A stretch of 64,000 nt of DNA, from positions 204,731 to 268,730 of the forward strand of contig JBAZPX010000001.1 in NCBI GenBank assembly GCA_041645555.1. Direction: 5' to 3'. This document shows, in pieces, positions 44,261-53,075 of this stretch. A program made the translations under genes and the position numbers. Under the pieces are notes generated by a model that was not told the origin of the DNA, did no database searches, and saw only the letters and a list, made by a program, of their open reading frames with translations. The stretch's first letter is position 1, and each line of letters opens with the position of its first letter. The DNA comes from Patescibacteria group bacterium (lineage in GTDB: Bacteria; Patescibacteriota; Patescibacteriia; Patescibacteriales; JAQTRU01).

Positions 44261-45277
44261 ATGGATAAGCAAACCCTGAAAACTAAAATTAAAGCCCAAG
44301 CCAAGAAAATCGCTTGGCGGGCAATCACCACGGTTATTTTAACTCTAACCGCGGTTATTACGGTTTGGGCTTATGCCGCGTTTGTTGAACCCTTAGTCGG
44401 ACCGAATTCCTCTGACCAGGATTTTGCCCAGAATATTTTAGGCAATAACGACGCTAACAATGATTTTAGTTCTTCTAACGTCGCTTCTAACGCTGACGGC
44501 AGTATTATCGAAAGAGAAGAATATTTGCAAACCCAAATCGGCACTTATGCTGACGCCACGACTACGCCGAGTGCGGCAAGTTCGGTGTTCGCGGCGTTGA
44601 AGGGATTGGATTCTTCGTATCAGGAATACACTAGCGGAAGTGGGAACTGGACGGCTCCGGCTGGTGTCTATTTGATTAATGTGCTCCTTGTCGCCGGAGG
44701 CGGAGGTGGCGGTTCTACAGTGGCAAATTCAGGAGCAAGTGGCGGAGGCGGAGGTGGTGAAACTTTTTCTATGATGAATTATAAAGTTGTGCCCGGAACT
44801 GCTTATGCATATGCAGTAGGCGCTGGAGGTTCCGGAGCAACAGGAAACGACGCGGATGGTTCAAATGGCTCAACCTCCACCTTCATGGGTTATTCTGTTG
44901 CGGCTGGTTATGGTGGGAAGAGGGGAACGGTTATGACCGCCGGAAATGGTGGCGGGGTGGGTGGCGGAACAGCCGGCGGTACTCCAGGAAGTGGTACGAC
45001 GATGGGAGGAGCACTTTTTTCGAGGACTGGCGGAGGAGCAGGGAGCAATGGCAATAGCGCCTCCGCCGCTGGAAGCAGTATCGGTTCTGGCGGTGGACTA
45101 ACGGCTCCGGGCGGCGCAAGCTATCGTTCATCTCCGGATGGTCCTTATACGAATGGGGTTGGAATAAATGCACCTGCCAATAGTGGTGCCGGCGGCAGCG
45201 GAGCAACTAATTCGAACGCAGGCGGGATTTTGCCTGGAGGAAATGGTGGTTCTGGTTATATTTTAATAACTTGGTGA
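44261..45277 (+). CDS. Membrane-anchored surface protein: conserved N-terminal module plus glycine-rich C-terminal domain
   Basis: The N-terminus is homologous to the 16374 CDS. The C-terminus has GGGGGGS.../GGNGGSGYILITW glycine-rich repeats. Confidence 0.8.
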   Translation: MDKQTLKTKIKAQAKKIAWRAITTVILTLTAVITVWAYAAFVEPLVGPNSSDQDFAQNILGNNDANNDFSSSNVASNADGSIIEREEYLQTQIGTYADATTTPSAASSVFAALKGLDSSYQEYTSGSGNWTAPAGVYLINVLLVAGGGGGGSTVANSGASGGGGGGETFSMMNYKVVPGTAYAYAVGAGGSGATGNDADGSNGSTSTFMGYSVAAGYGGKRGTVMTAGNGGGVGGGTAGGTPGSGTTMGGALFSRTGGGAGSNGNSASAAGSSIGSGGGLTAPGGASYRSSPDGPYTNGVGINAPANSGAGGSGATNSNAGGILPGGNGGSGYILITW

Positions 45278-45313
45278 GTAATAATAAGTGCAAAAATTAA
45301 AAGAGCTTCCTTT

Positions 45314-45514
45314 TGTCATTGCGAGGAAGGAGTTCCACAGAATTGCGGGACGACTGACGAAGCAATCTAAGGTTAGCTGGAAGTAACAAGAAAATTAAAA
45401 AACATCATTTTATCCGAATAAATACTAATGATAGACATTTAACAGAATCAGACTTTATACCTTTAAACCAGAGATTGCTTCGGCTCCCGCCTCGGCGGGA
45501 TCCTCGCAATGACA
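45314..45514 (+). mobile_element. ORF-less derivative of the GIY-YIG element
   Basis: The right arm at 45466-45514 differs at 1 of 49 nt from 44202-44250. The left arm starts tgtcattgcgag...gaagcaatctaaggtt. The interior is only ~90 nt. Confidence 0.7.
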
Positions 45515-45557
45515 GGAAGTATTATTTTTGAGATTTACATTTTAAATTTTATATTTT

Positions 45558-47561
45558 ATGCCAAACACAAATAAAAATAATAATGATGATTATGAAGGAA
45601 AAATAAAGGTGAGAAACGGCAATTCCGGCTTGTCTGAATTTGTAAAACGCCCCTTGCCGACTGATGATGAAATTAAAGAGTTCGAGGAGGTTATTGGAGA
45701 AGAGGCGCGGGAAGGCGAAATTGACGAGAGTTTGTCGGAAATTTATCAGGATGAAAAGGGCGATATGGTGGATGTCATGAAGCTTAACATAAAAAAGAAA
45801 CGGGGATTTTTCTTTAAGATGCTTAATCTTATTTTTTTTCTGGCGATTTTAGCCGGCGTGGGCTACGGGTTTTATTATTATATTTTCCGCGGCGGCTCTG
45901 ACGCTACGGCTTTGGATTTATCTATTTCGGCTCCGGAAAAAGTTATCGCCGGAGAAGAATTTTTTTCCGTTCTTTCCTACAAGAATTTAAGCCGGGCTGA
46001 CGCCAGCCAGGTAAGGATTGAGGTCACCTATCCGGATAATTTTATATTTTTAGACAGCCAGCCGAAAGCGGCAGAAAAAGATTCGGTTTGGCAATTTGAA
46101 AAACTGGCGACCGGGGAAAACGGCGAAATAAAAATAAAAGGTAAAATAGTTAACGGGAAAGAGACAAATAATATAATTTTAGCCAAAATAACCTATACGC
46201 CGGCGAACTTTTCTTCCGAATTTAAAAAAGAAGCCTCCCAAACTATTTTAGTTGAGGATATCGGGATTGATATAAATTTTGATTATCCTTCCGCCGTGCT
46301 GGTCGGGCAGGAGAACGAAATCGCCGTCAAAGTTAGGCTTAAGGAGAATAATTTCCTGCCTCAGTTCAAACTGACCATTGACCCTTTAGAAAATATGGAA
46401 ATTATTTCCGCGGCCGTAACGGAGGCGGAAGAGAAGAAAGAAGGCCAGAATTTAAAAATAGAGAAGGTGAGAGCCGGCGTTTATAACGTGAGCGAAATAG
46501 GTGCGAGCGAGCAGGAATTTAAAATAAAATACAAACTAAGCAAAAAGATGGCCGATGAGCAGGAAATTGTCATGCGCTTTGCCAATTTAGCCGAAGACGA
46601 TAAAACCCGCTCTTTCCTGGAAAAGAAAATAAAAATCGAAGTGATGAAAAGCGATTTAAATCTGACCTTAATCATAAACGGCTCAAAAAATGACCAGGCG
46701 GTAAATTTTGGCGACCAGCTTAACTATTCCCTTGTCTATAACAATAAAGGCGAAACCAGCATGAAAGACGTGGTGTTGATGGCGGTTTTAGAAAGTGATT
46801 TTCTTAATTGGAAAACCTTAAAAGAAGAAAATAACGGGCGGGAGAAAGGCAATTCTCTTACCTGGACAAAAGAAGAAATTCCGGCTCTGGCCGAGTTAGA
46901 GCCGAACAAAGAAGGAATAATAGATTTTTCTATTGATATTGTTTCTTTGGAAGAAACGCAAGCTATGGCTAGCCGGAGTTTCCAGATAAAAAGCTATGTC
47001 CAATTTAGCATTGGCAATAGCGAAGAATTTAAAGAAAATCTTGATAACCGCAGCAATACGATTATCAATAAAATTAATAGCGACTTATCTTTAAAAGAAG
47101 AAGTAAGATATTTCAGCGCCGACAATGTGCCGGTAGGCAACGGGCCTTTACCGCCTAAGGTCGGGGAAACAACGAGTTTTAAAGTTTATTGGACTTTAGG
47201 CAATAATTTGCATGAGTTGAACGACGCGAAAGTGGAAGTTAGCCTGCCGGAAGATGTAAGCTGGAATAATAAAAACCGGACTTCGGTCGGCGCTATTAAC
47301 TATGACAGCGATTCCCGCAAGGTTACCTGGCAGATAGGCCGGTTGCCGGTTACGGTTTATCGGGCCGATGCCGAATTTAATATAAGTATCACACCGGCAG
47401 ATTCTGACAAAAACAAAATTATGGTCCTGTTGCCCGAGGCTCGCGTTACGGCGATTGACAGCGAAACGGGAGGGGCTATTACCAGCACGACTAAAGCCAA
47501 AACCACAAAGCTGGAAGATGACGAAATCGCGGGGATGAGCAGCGATGGACGGGTGGAATAA
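45558..47561 (+). CDS. Large membrane-anchored surface protein with repeated beta-sandwich (DUF11/CARDB-like) modules
   Basis: One TM helix (FFFKMLNLIFFLAILAGVGYGFYYYIF) followed by repeated ~110-aa segments of similar pattern. The family assignment is tentative. Confidence 0.7.
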   Translation: MPNTNKNNNDDYEGKIKVRNGNSGLSEFVKRPLPTDDEIKEFEEVIGEEAREGEIDESLSEIYQDEKGDMVDVMKLNIKKKRGFFFKMLNLIFFLAILAGVGYGFYYYIFRGGSDATALDLSISAPEKVIAGEEFFSVLSYKNLSRADASQVRIEVTYPDNFIFLDSQPKAAEKDSVWQFEKLATGENGEIKIKGKIVNGKETNNIILAKITYTPANFSSEFKKEASQTILVEDIGIDINFDYPSAVLVGQENEIAVKVRLKENNFLPQFKLTIDPLENMEIISAAVTEAEEKKEGQNLKIEKVRAGVYNVSEIGASEQEFKIKYKLSKKMADEQEIVMRFANLAEDDKTRSFLEKKIKIEVMKSDLNLTLIINGSKNDQAVNFGDQLNYSLVYNNKGETSMKDVVLMAVLESDFLNWKTLKEENNGREKGNSLTWTKEEIPALAELEPNKEGIIDFSIDIVSLEETQAMASRSFQIKSYVQFSIGNSEEFKENLDNRSNTIINKINSDLSLKEEVRYFSADNVPVGNGPLPPKVGETTSFKVYWTLGNNLHELNDAKVEVSLPEDVSWNNKNRTSVGAINYDSDSRKVTWQIGRLPVTVYRADAEFNISITPADSDKNKIMVLLPEARVTAIDSETGGAITSTTKAKTTKLEDDEIAGMSSDGRVE

Positions 47562-47633
47562 AGAATTTTTAATTTTATAATTTTCAATTTTTAAACAATT
47601 TTCAATGGTTTAATTTTTAATTTTTAATTCTCT

Positions 47634-48719
47634 ATGGTTATGAGATTGGGGAAAATTATAAGAACGCCGCATGGGAGTATCATAACTCCTTTTTTTATGC
47701 CGGATGCGACGCGGGGTTTTGTTAAATTAACTGATGGCGAAGAACTGGAAAAAGCCGGAGTTAAAGCCTTGGTGATAAATACTTTGCATCTTTATCTGCA
47801 GCCCGGGATGGAAATTATAAAAAAAGCCGGTAATATTCACAAATTTATAAATTGGAACGGGCCGATTTTGTCTGACAGCGGCGGATTCCAGGTTTTTTCC
47901 TTAATCCATAAAAATCCGGTGATGGGAAAAATTACTGATAAGGGGGCGGTATTTAAGTCTCCTTTAGACGGCTCCCAACATATTTTAACGCCGGAGAAAT
48001 CAATTCAGATTCAGTTTGATTTAGGGGTTGATATGATGGTTTGTCTGGATGATTGCCCGCCGAATGATTTTAGTCGTCCCGATTTAGAGAAATCAGTAGA
48101 GCGGACAATTAGCTGGGCGAAAAGGTGCCGGGCCGAATATGACGGGCAAGTTAAGAAGAGAAAAATGAAAGCAGGAGAGAGGCCATTATTGTTTAGCGTT
48201 ATCCAGGGCGGAGCCGAATTGGATTTAAGGAAATATTGCGCGGAAGAATTGGTTAAAATTGGTTTTGACGGATATGGCTTTGGCGCCCGGCCGGTTGATA
48301 AAGACGGGAAGTTTCTAGGCAAAGTTCTACAATTCACGGCTGATTTAATTCCGAAAAATTCTATTCGTTTCGGCTTGGGCATAGGATTGCCGGAAGATAT
48401 TGTTCGCTCCGCGGCTATGGGTTGGGATATTTTTGATTGCGTAATTCCGACGCGCGAGGGCCGGCACGGTAAGCTTTTCCTTTGGAAAGAAAATCGCGTA
48501 TCAAAGAGCAATTTTTATAGAACGATAAATATTATCAATGCGAAATTTGCAAAAGATTTTTCGGCGATTAATAAAGATAGCAAATTGCCGGAACTGCGGC
48601 AATACACTAAAGCGTATTTGCATCATTTATTTAAATTAAAGGAGCCTTTGGGAGCCAAGCTGGCGAGTTTGAATAATTTGGAATTTTACATGGAGTTAAT
48701 GGATAAAATAAGAAAATAG
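47634..48719 (+). CDS. tgt: tRNA-guanine transglycosylase (Tgt) family protein lacking the zinc-site ligands
   Basis: LSDSGGFQVFSL, LFSVIQGG and GLGIGLPEDIV motifs are present. The CxCxxC...H zinc site is replaced (DSKLPEL...N). Confidence 0.8.
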   Translation: MVMRLGKIIRTPHGSIITPFFMPDATRGFVKLTDGEELEKAGVKALVINTLHLYLQPGMEIIKKAGNIHKFINWNGPILSDSGGFQVFSLIHKNPVMGKITDKGAVFKSPLDGSQHILTPEKSIQIQFDLGVDMMVCLDDCPPNDFSRPDLEKSVERTISWAKRCRAEYDGQVKKRKMKAGERPLLFSVIQGGAELDLRKYCAEELVKIGFDGYGFGARPVDKDGKFLGKVLQFTADLIPKNSIRFGLGIGLPEDIVRSAAMGWDIFDCVIPTREGRHGKLFLWKENRVSKSNFYRTINIINAKFAKDFSAINKDSKLPELRQYTKAYLHHLFKLKEPLGAKLASLNNLEFYMELMDKIRK

Positions 48720-48782
48720 AGAAAAAAAATTTAAAATAAAAAAATTCCCCCTCCCGCGTATTTCTTGCGAGAGGAGGAATAT

Positions 48783-49553
48783 TTATGCCAACACTCCAAT
48801 CCTTTTAGAATGATGGCTTTTGATTATCGCGCAGATTTTTTCTGCGAGATATTGATCATGCAACGGATAGTGGGGGAGCTCAGGAAGGAACTCCGGGGTA
48901 GTTCCCAAGCCTAAGGCTATAGCCCTAGACACACGTGGTGTCACCATTCTGTCTTTACCGCAATATATCATGTTTATGTCGCAAGTAAGGCCATGGACAG
49001 AAGTGATGGGGTCTTTTTCCATCAATTGCGATAACATACTGCCCGAAGCCCAACGAGCACCAGAAACGATTCTATTCTTAATGTCTGGCGGCAAGTTGTG
49101 CCCGATAGCGCGTATGGTCTGCCTTGGTGTACGCCTGATGGGTTTATTTTCCCAGCCTGGCCTCAAAATGATTGGCAGATAGTTTAGCAGAGCGGACCAG
49201 CTAAAACCATTCACGCCGAACTGCGGTGCCGGGTTGATGAGAATTATTCGCTCGATTTTTTGGTTCTTTGAAGCGAGAATTTCACCGATAAGGGCGCCTA
49301 GAGAATGGCCGATGATGATTATTTGCCCATCAATCTTTTCGATAAATTCGTGCTGCAGATGAGCAATCGCATCTTCAATTCTGAATGGACCAAGATGGTC
49401 ATCTGGCTCTTCGTCTATACTCGTTTCATGATAAGGCAAGGTGGGGCAGATGATATCCGCATTTGGGAATTTTTCACTAATATTGTCAGCCAAGAATTTA
49501 AAGCACCTTCCCCACGAAAACATGCCGTGCAAGAAAAGAATTGTCAAATCCAT
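48783..49553 (-). CDS. Alpha/beta-fold hydrolase
   Basis: Nucleophile elbow GHSLGA and an N-terminal LHG oxyanion region. GC-rich relative to its surroundings. Confidence 0.75.
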   Translation of the reverse strand: MDLTILFLHGMFSWGRCFKFLADNISEKFPNADIICPTLPYHETSIDEEPDDHLGPFRIEDAIAHLQHEFIEKIDGQIIIIGHSLGALIGEILASKNQKIERIILINPAPQFGVNGFSWSALLNYLPIILRPGWENKPIRRTPRQTIRAIGHNLPPDIKNRIVSGARWASGSMLSQLMEKDPITSVHGLTCDINMIYCGKDRMVTPRVSRAIALGLGTTPEFLPELPHYPLHDQYLAEKICAIIKSHHSKRIGVLA

Positions 49554-49717
49554 GACAGTCTCCCTTAGTGACAGTTGTTATTTGTTGGAAAATATTTTTT
49601 TGTTCCAAGAAAGGAAAGAGCAATGTTTTGTGTTAATATATTAATACATTTTTTTGGTATTGTCAAGTTTTCTGAAAAAAAACGGCGGAGTTGGTTAGAA
49701 GTCTCCGCCGTGTGTTT

Positions 49718-50764
49718 TTAGCCGAGAATAAGGCCGCGATTACGCATTTCCTGGAGGATAAATCTTTCCTGGATATGAGCAGCCTGGTTGAACAGCAGGG
49801 GGTTACAATACTTGGGGTTCTCGCCTTTTTTGAGCCTGGAGATGAGTTGGTCAAGACCCCAGGCCTCCGGAGTATACCAAATTCTTCCATCCCCAGGTTT
49901 TACCGAGAAAAATTGACCGGCTTTTGTTGCTTGCCGCCAGTTATTAACCCGTTCATTCAGCGAGCCTTCTCTAGAAATAAGCTCTTTAACTGTCGGGGCC
50001 AATTCATCCCAGGCCTGGCATTTGCTTCCCTGATCCCCATAGGCAGGGCTGGCGTTAAGCACACGAATTAAAAATTCATATGCTTTGAAAGCTGCTTCAA
50101 GAAAGTCTTCAATATTGTCTCTGACAACCGGCCGCCTATCCTCGGTCTCATATTTAAGGCGTAAATAAGGGATATCTGCCAGCGTGCCCAGAGCACAGTG
50201 ACCCACGGGGATGGTTTCAGCAATTGATCCCTGAAGTTTTTCCCGAAAATCTCTGAAAACATTCAGGAATTGTTCCGCAACTGATTTAGACCGCCCCTCG
50301 ATTTTAAGCGAGCCGTTTCTGATTTTGTTGCTTTCATGGCTCAACCCGATGAAATCCCAATGCGAATAGGAATCGCATAAGGCATGAAGGGCAATCCCGA
50401 CAAGATGAAGGAAAAACGGTTCGCTCTTATAAAGAAGGACATTGTCGAGCAGCAAGGGGATTAAGATCCCGTCTTTCTGGCACCTCATTCTTTTGAAGGG
50501 GTCACCAGATTCTTTGCCGTTCGGCAGAAAATGAAATTCTGTCCAAGGCCTTGACCTTCTTTGGGTCTTGAATATTTTCAGGTCAAGCGGCTTGTGGGAC
50601 GTGCCAATCATGTTAACAAGAAAATTGCCGGCACGTACCAAATCGTTGCACTCCGCAAAATCAACATTCTGCGAGGAGTGAGCGATTAATCTGGCTGCCC
50701 AAGGGTAACATCCGATTGCTCTGGCCAGAAAATATATTTCGGAAAAATGCATATCGGTCTGCAT
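49718..50764 (-). CDS. Hypothetical protein with His/Asp-rich motifs (possible metal-dependent hydrolase)
   Basis: 348-aa ORF with MHFSEIYFLARA at the N-terminus and HALCDSYSHWDF. The family is not confidently recognised. Confidence 0.6.
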   Translation of the reverse strand: MQTDMHFSEIYFLARAIGCYPWAARLIAHSSQNVDFAECNDLVRAGNFLVNMIGTSHKPLDLKIFKTQRRSRPWTEFHFLPNGKESGDPFKRMRCQKDGILIPLLLDNVLLYKSEPFFLHLVGIALHALCDSYSHWDFIGLSHESNKIRNGSLKIEGRSKSVAEQFLNVFRDFREKLQGSIAETIPVGHCALGTLADIPYLRLKYETEDRRPVVRDNIEDFLEAAFKAYEFLIRVLNASPAYGDQGSKCQAWDELAPTVKELISREGSLNERVNNWRQATKAGQFFSVKPGDGRIWYTPEAWGLDQLISRLKKGENPKYCNPLLFNQAAHIQERFILQEMRNRGLILG

Positions 50765-50931
50765 GGCTAAACTCCTCGTATCTGAATTTCGTTGTTTTTC
50801 TCGGTTTTTAAAGGTACATGTTTAACATTCCTTTATATCATATAATTTATAATTTGTCAATACTTTTTAATTTGTTTATTTTTAATAATTTTGGCTAAAA
50901 TTAAATATAATATAGCAAATTTGTTGACTTT

Positions 50932-50960
50932 TAAGTTGTCCAGTGCTATGTTATTTGTAT
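50932..50960 (+). promoter_or_regulatory. Sigma70-type promoter (TTGACT-17 nt-TATGTT) for rnpB
   Basis: Exact 17-nt spacer, about 20 nt upstream of the start of the extended P1 helix. Confidence 0.55.
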
Positions 50961-50980
50961 AATTAGCCCTTTAAATTCCA

Positions 50981-51450
50981 ATAATATCAGGGTAAGCGAA
51001 TAGTCGATCGCTTGAGAAAACTTGAGCGGTAGGAAAGTCCGGACTCCCGCCTACGCTAAAGCTTCGGCGGGCAAGTCGTAAAGATTTTGCCTGCTAAGTG
51101 ATTTAGTTAGGTGCCATGGCAGCGGGTAACGCCCGCCAGAAGTAATTCTAGGGAAAGTGCCACAGAGACTATACTAATCAATGCGAAGCATTGGTCAAAC
51201 GTGAAAAGTTCTAGGGTGTGTAAATTGATCTCGGATATCCGTTTAATTTACGCTACTTGGATCGTCCTCTGGCAACAGAGTGACGTGGTAAACCCTGCCT
51301 GAAGCAAGAGCAAACCCCGCTCAGAATGTTAAAGCATTTGAGCGGGATGAAAAGTGGCTCGCTTGATCCCGAGAGCGATTTCGGGACTAGATAGATGACT
51401 ATTTAAAACAAAATCCGGCTTACAGCTTGCCCTGATATTAGTGGAATTTA
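50981..51450 (+). ncRNA. rnpB: RNase P RNA (bacterial type A-like), enlarged
   Basis: GGAAAGTCCGGAC (P4 5' strand), GGTGCC...GGGTAACGCCC, AGTGCCACAGAGAC, and AGATAGATGACTAT...ACAAAATCCGGCTTAC (P4 3' strand). P1 pairs aaattccaataatatcagggtaagc with gcttgccctgatattagtggaattt. P2 pairs aatagtc with gactatt. The ends are approximate. Confidence 0.85.
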
Positions 51451-51539
51451 TTTTCGCAAACGCTAGAACGCATAACACATAACGTTTTATAATTAGAACG
51501 TTATTTATGTTATGTTTTAGGCGTTAGGCGCTAAATATT

Positions 51540-52979
51540 ATGAAACGCAGTGAATTAATTTTTACTTTTTTGCTGGTGCCTCTGGATTTTTTAATGATAG
51601 TTTTGGCCGGCGTTTCCGCTTACTATATCCGTTTTTCCGAATTTACCACGGGGATAAGACCGGTTATTTTTAATTTACCTTTTTCTTCTTATTTTAAAGT
51701 CGTCCTGTTGATTTCTCTTTTGTGGATAATTATTTTTGCTTTGTCGGGGCTTTATAATATAAAAGATGCCCGGAAATTTATAAAAGAATTTTACCGAGTC
51801 GTGTTGGCTTGTTCTACCGGTTTGATGTTAATAGTAATTTTAATTTTTGTCAGGCGGGAATTATTTGATTCCCGTTTTATTGTTTTAGCCGGCTGGATAT
51901 TGGCTATTTTTTACGTAAGTTTTTCCCGCGCCCTAATCAGGGGTTTGCAAAGAACTCTTTTCTCTTTTGGTATTGGCGTCCATAAAATTGTTTTAGTCGG
52001 CAACAGCCAGACGACAGACACTTTAGTCCGGGAATCTTTCCGCAATAAAAAGTCCGGCTATGAAATTGTAAAGCGTTTGCGTAATTTTAATATTGAAGCG
52101 GTTGAAGAGCTGGCTGAATTTTTAAAAACTTTTCGTCAGGGGGGCCAAGATATAGATGAAATAATCCAAAGCGACCCCAATTTAACTAAGGGGGAGATTT
52201 TGCGTTTATTTGATTTTGCCGATGAGCACCATATTACTTTTAAATACGCGGCCGACCTTTTAGGCACAAAAGTTTTAAAGACCGAGGTGGCGGAAATTGC
52301 CGGCATCCCAATTGTGGAAGTGAAAAAGACGCCGCTGGAAGGCTGGGGCCGGATTATTAAAAGAATTTTTGATGTTGTTTTTTCTCTTTTTTTCATTATC
52401 CTTTTCAGCCCGATTTTGATTATTACGGCCTTAGCCATAAAATTAGAATCAAGAGGGCCGATAATTTATAAAAATGAAAGAGTGAGCAAAAATGGAGTCT
52501 TTAAGGTTTTTAAATTCAGGTCAATGTCAATCCAGTATTGCGTCGGCGAAGATTATGTTAATAGCGAAAGGGCCGTTAAGTTTGAAAAAGAGCTGATCGA
52601 AAAACAGAACACCAAAGAAGGCCCGGTTTATAAAATTGCGGCGGATCCGAGGATAACGAAGGTGGGAAGATTTATAAGGCGCTGGAGCCTTGATGAATTG
52701 CCGCAGTTTTTTAATGTTCTATTCGGCAATATGAGCTTAATCGGCCCCCGGCCGCATCAGCCGCGGGAAGTGGCTAAATATGAGCGCCACCACAAAAAAG
52801 TTTTAACCATTAAGCCTGGCCTTACCGGATTGGCGCAGATTTCCGGCCGGAGCGACCTGGGCTTTGAGGACGAAGTAAAGTTGGACACCTATTATATTGA
52901 AAATTGGTCTCTTCTCTTTGATCTGGGAATATTGTTGCGGACGCCGTTGGCGATTTTGCGGCCGAGGAAGGCGGAGTAG
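51540..52979 (+). CDS. Polyprenyl-phosphate glycosyl-1-phosphate transferase (WbaP/bacterial sugar transferase family)
   Basis: N-terminal TM helices and a C-terminal catalytic domain (KFRSM, DELPQFFNVLFGNMSLIGPRP, TGLAQISGR). Confidence 0.85.
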   Translation: MKRSELIFTFLLVPLDFLMIVLAGVSAYYIRFSEFTTGIRPVIFNLPFSSYFKVVLLISLLWIIIFALSGLYNIKDARKFIKEFYRVVLACSTGLMLIVILIFVRRELFDSRFIVLAGWILAIFYVSFSRALIRGLQRTLFSFGIGVHKIVLVGNSQTTDTLVRESFRNKKSGYEIVKRLRNFNIEAVEELAEFLKTFRQGGQDIDEIIQSDPNLTKGEILRLFDFADEHHITFKYAADLLGTKVLKTEVAEIAGIPIVEVKKTPLEGWGRIIKRIFDVVFSLFFIILFSPILIITALAIKLESRGPIIYKNERVSKNGVFKVFKFRSMSIQYCVGEDYVNSERAVKFEKELIEKQNTKEGPVYKIAADPRITKVGRFIRRWSLDELPQFFNVLFGNMSLIGPRPHQPREVAKYERHHKKVLTIKPGLTGLAQISGRSDLGFEDEVKLDTYYIENWSLLFDLGILLRTPLAILRPRKAE

Positions 52980-52982
52980 CGG

Positions 52983-53074
52983 AAGATTTAAGAATTATGA
53001 ATTATGAATAAAGTGAAAATAGAATCAAAAAAATTAACTTATCATTCTTAAATCTTAATTCTAAATTCTTAATT
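52983..53074. repeat. Intergenic word palindrome (aagaatt/aattctt words)
   Basis: aagatttaagaattatgaattatgaata faces tatcattcttaaatcttaattctaaattcttaa. Confidence 0.8.
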
Positions 53075-53075
53075 T

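Noticed and set aside
51111-51302. 63-aa ORF from the six-frame track
   Set aside because: It lies entirely inside the RNase P RNA gene, has no RBS, and its sequence is explained by the RNA's conserved helices.
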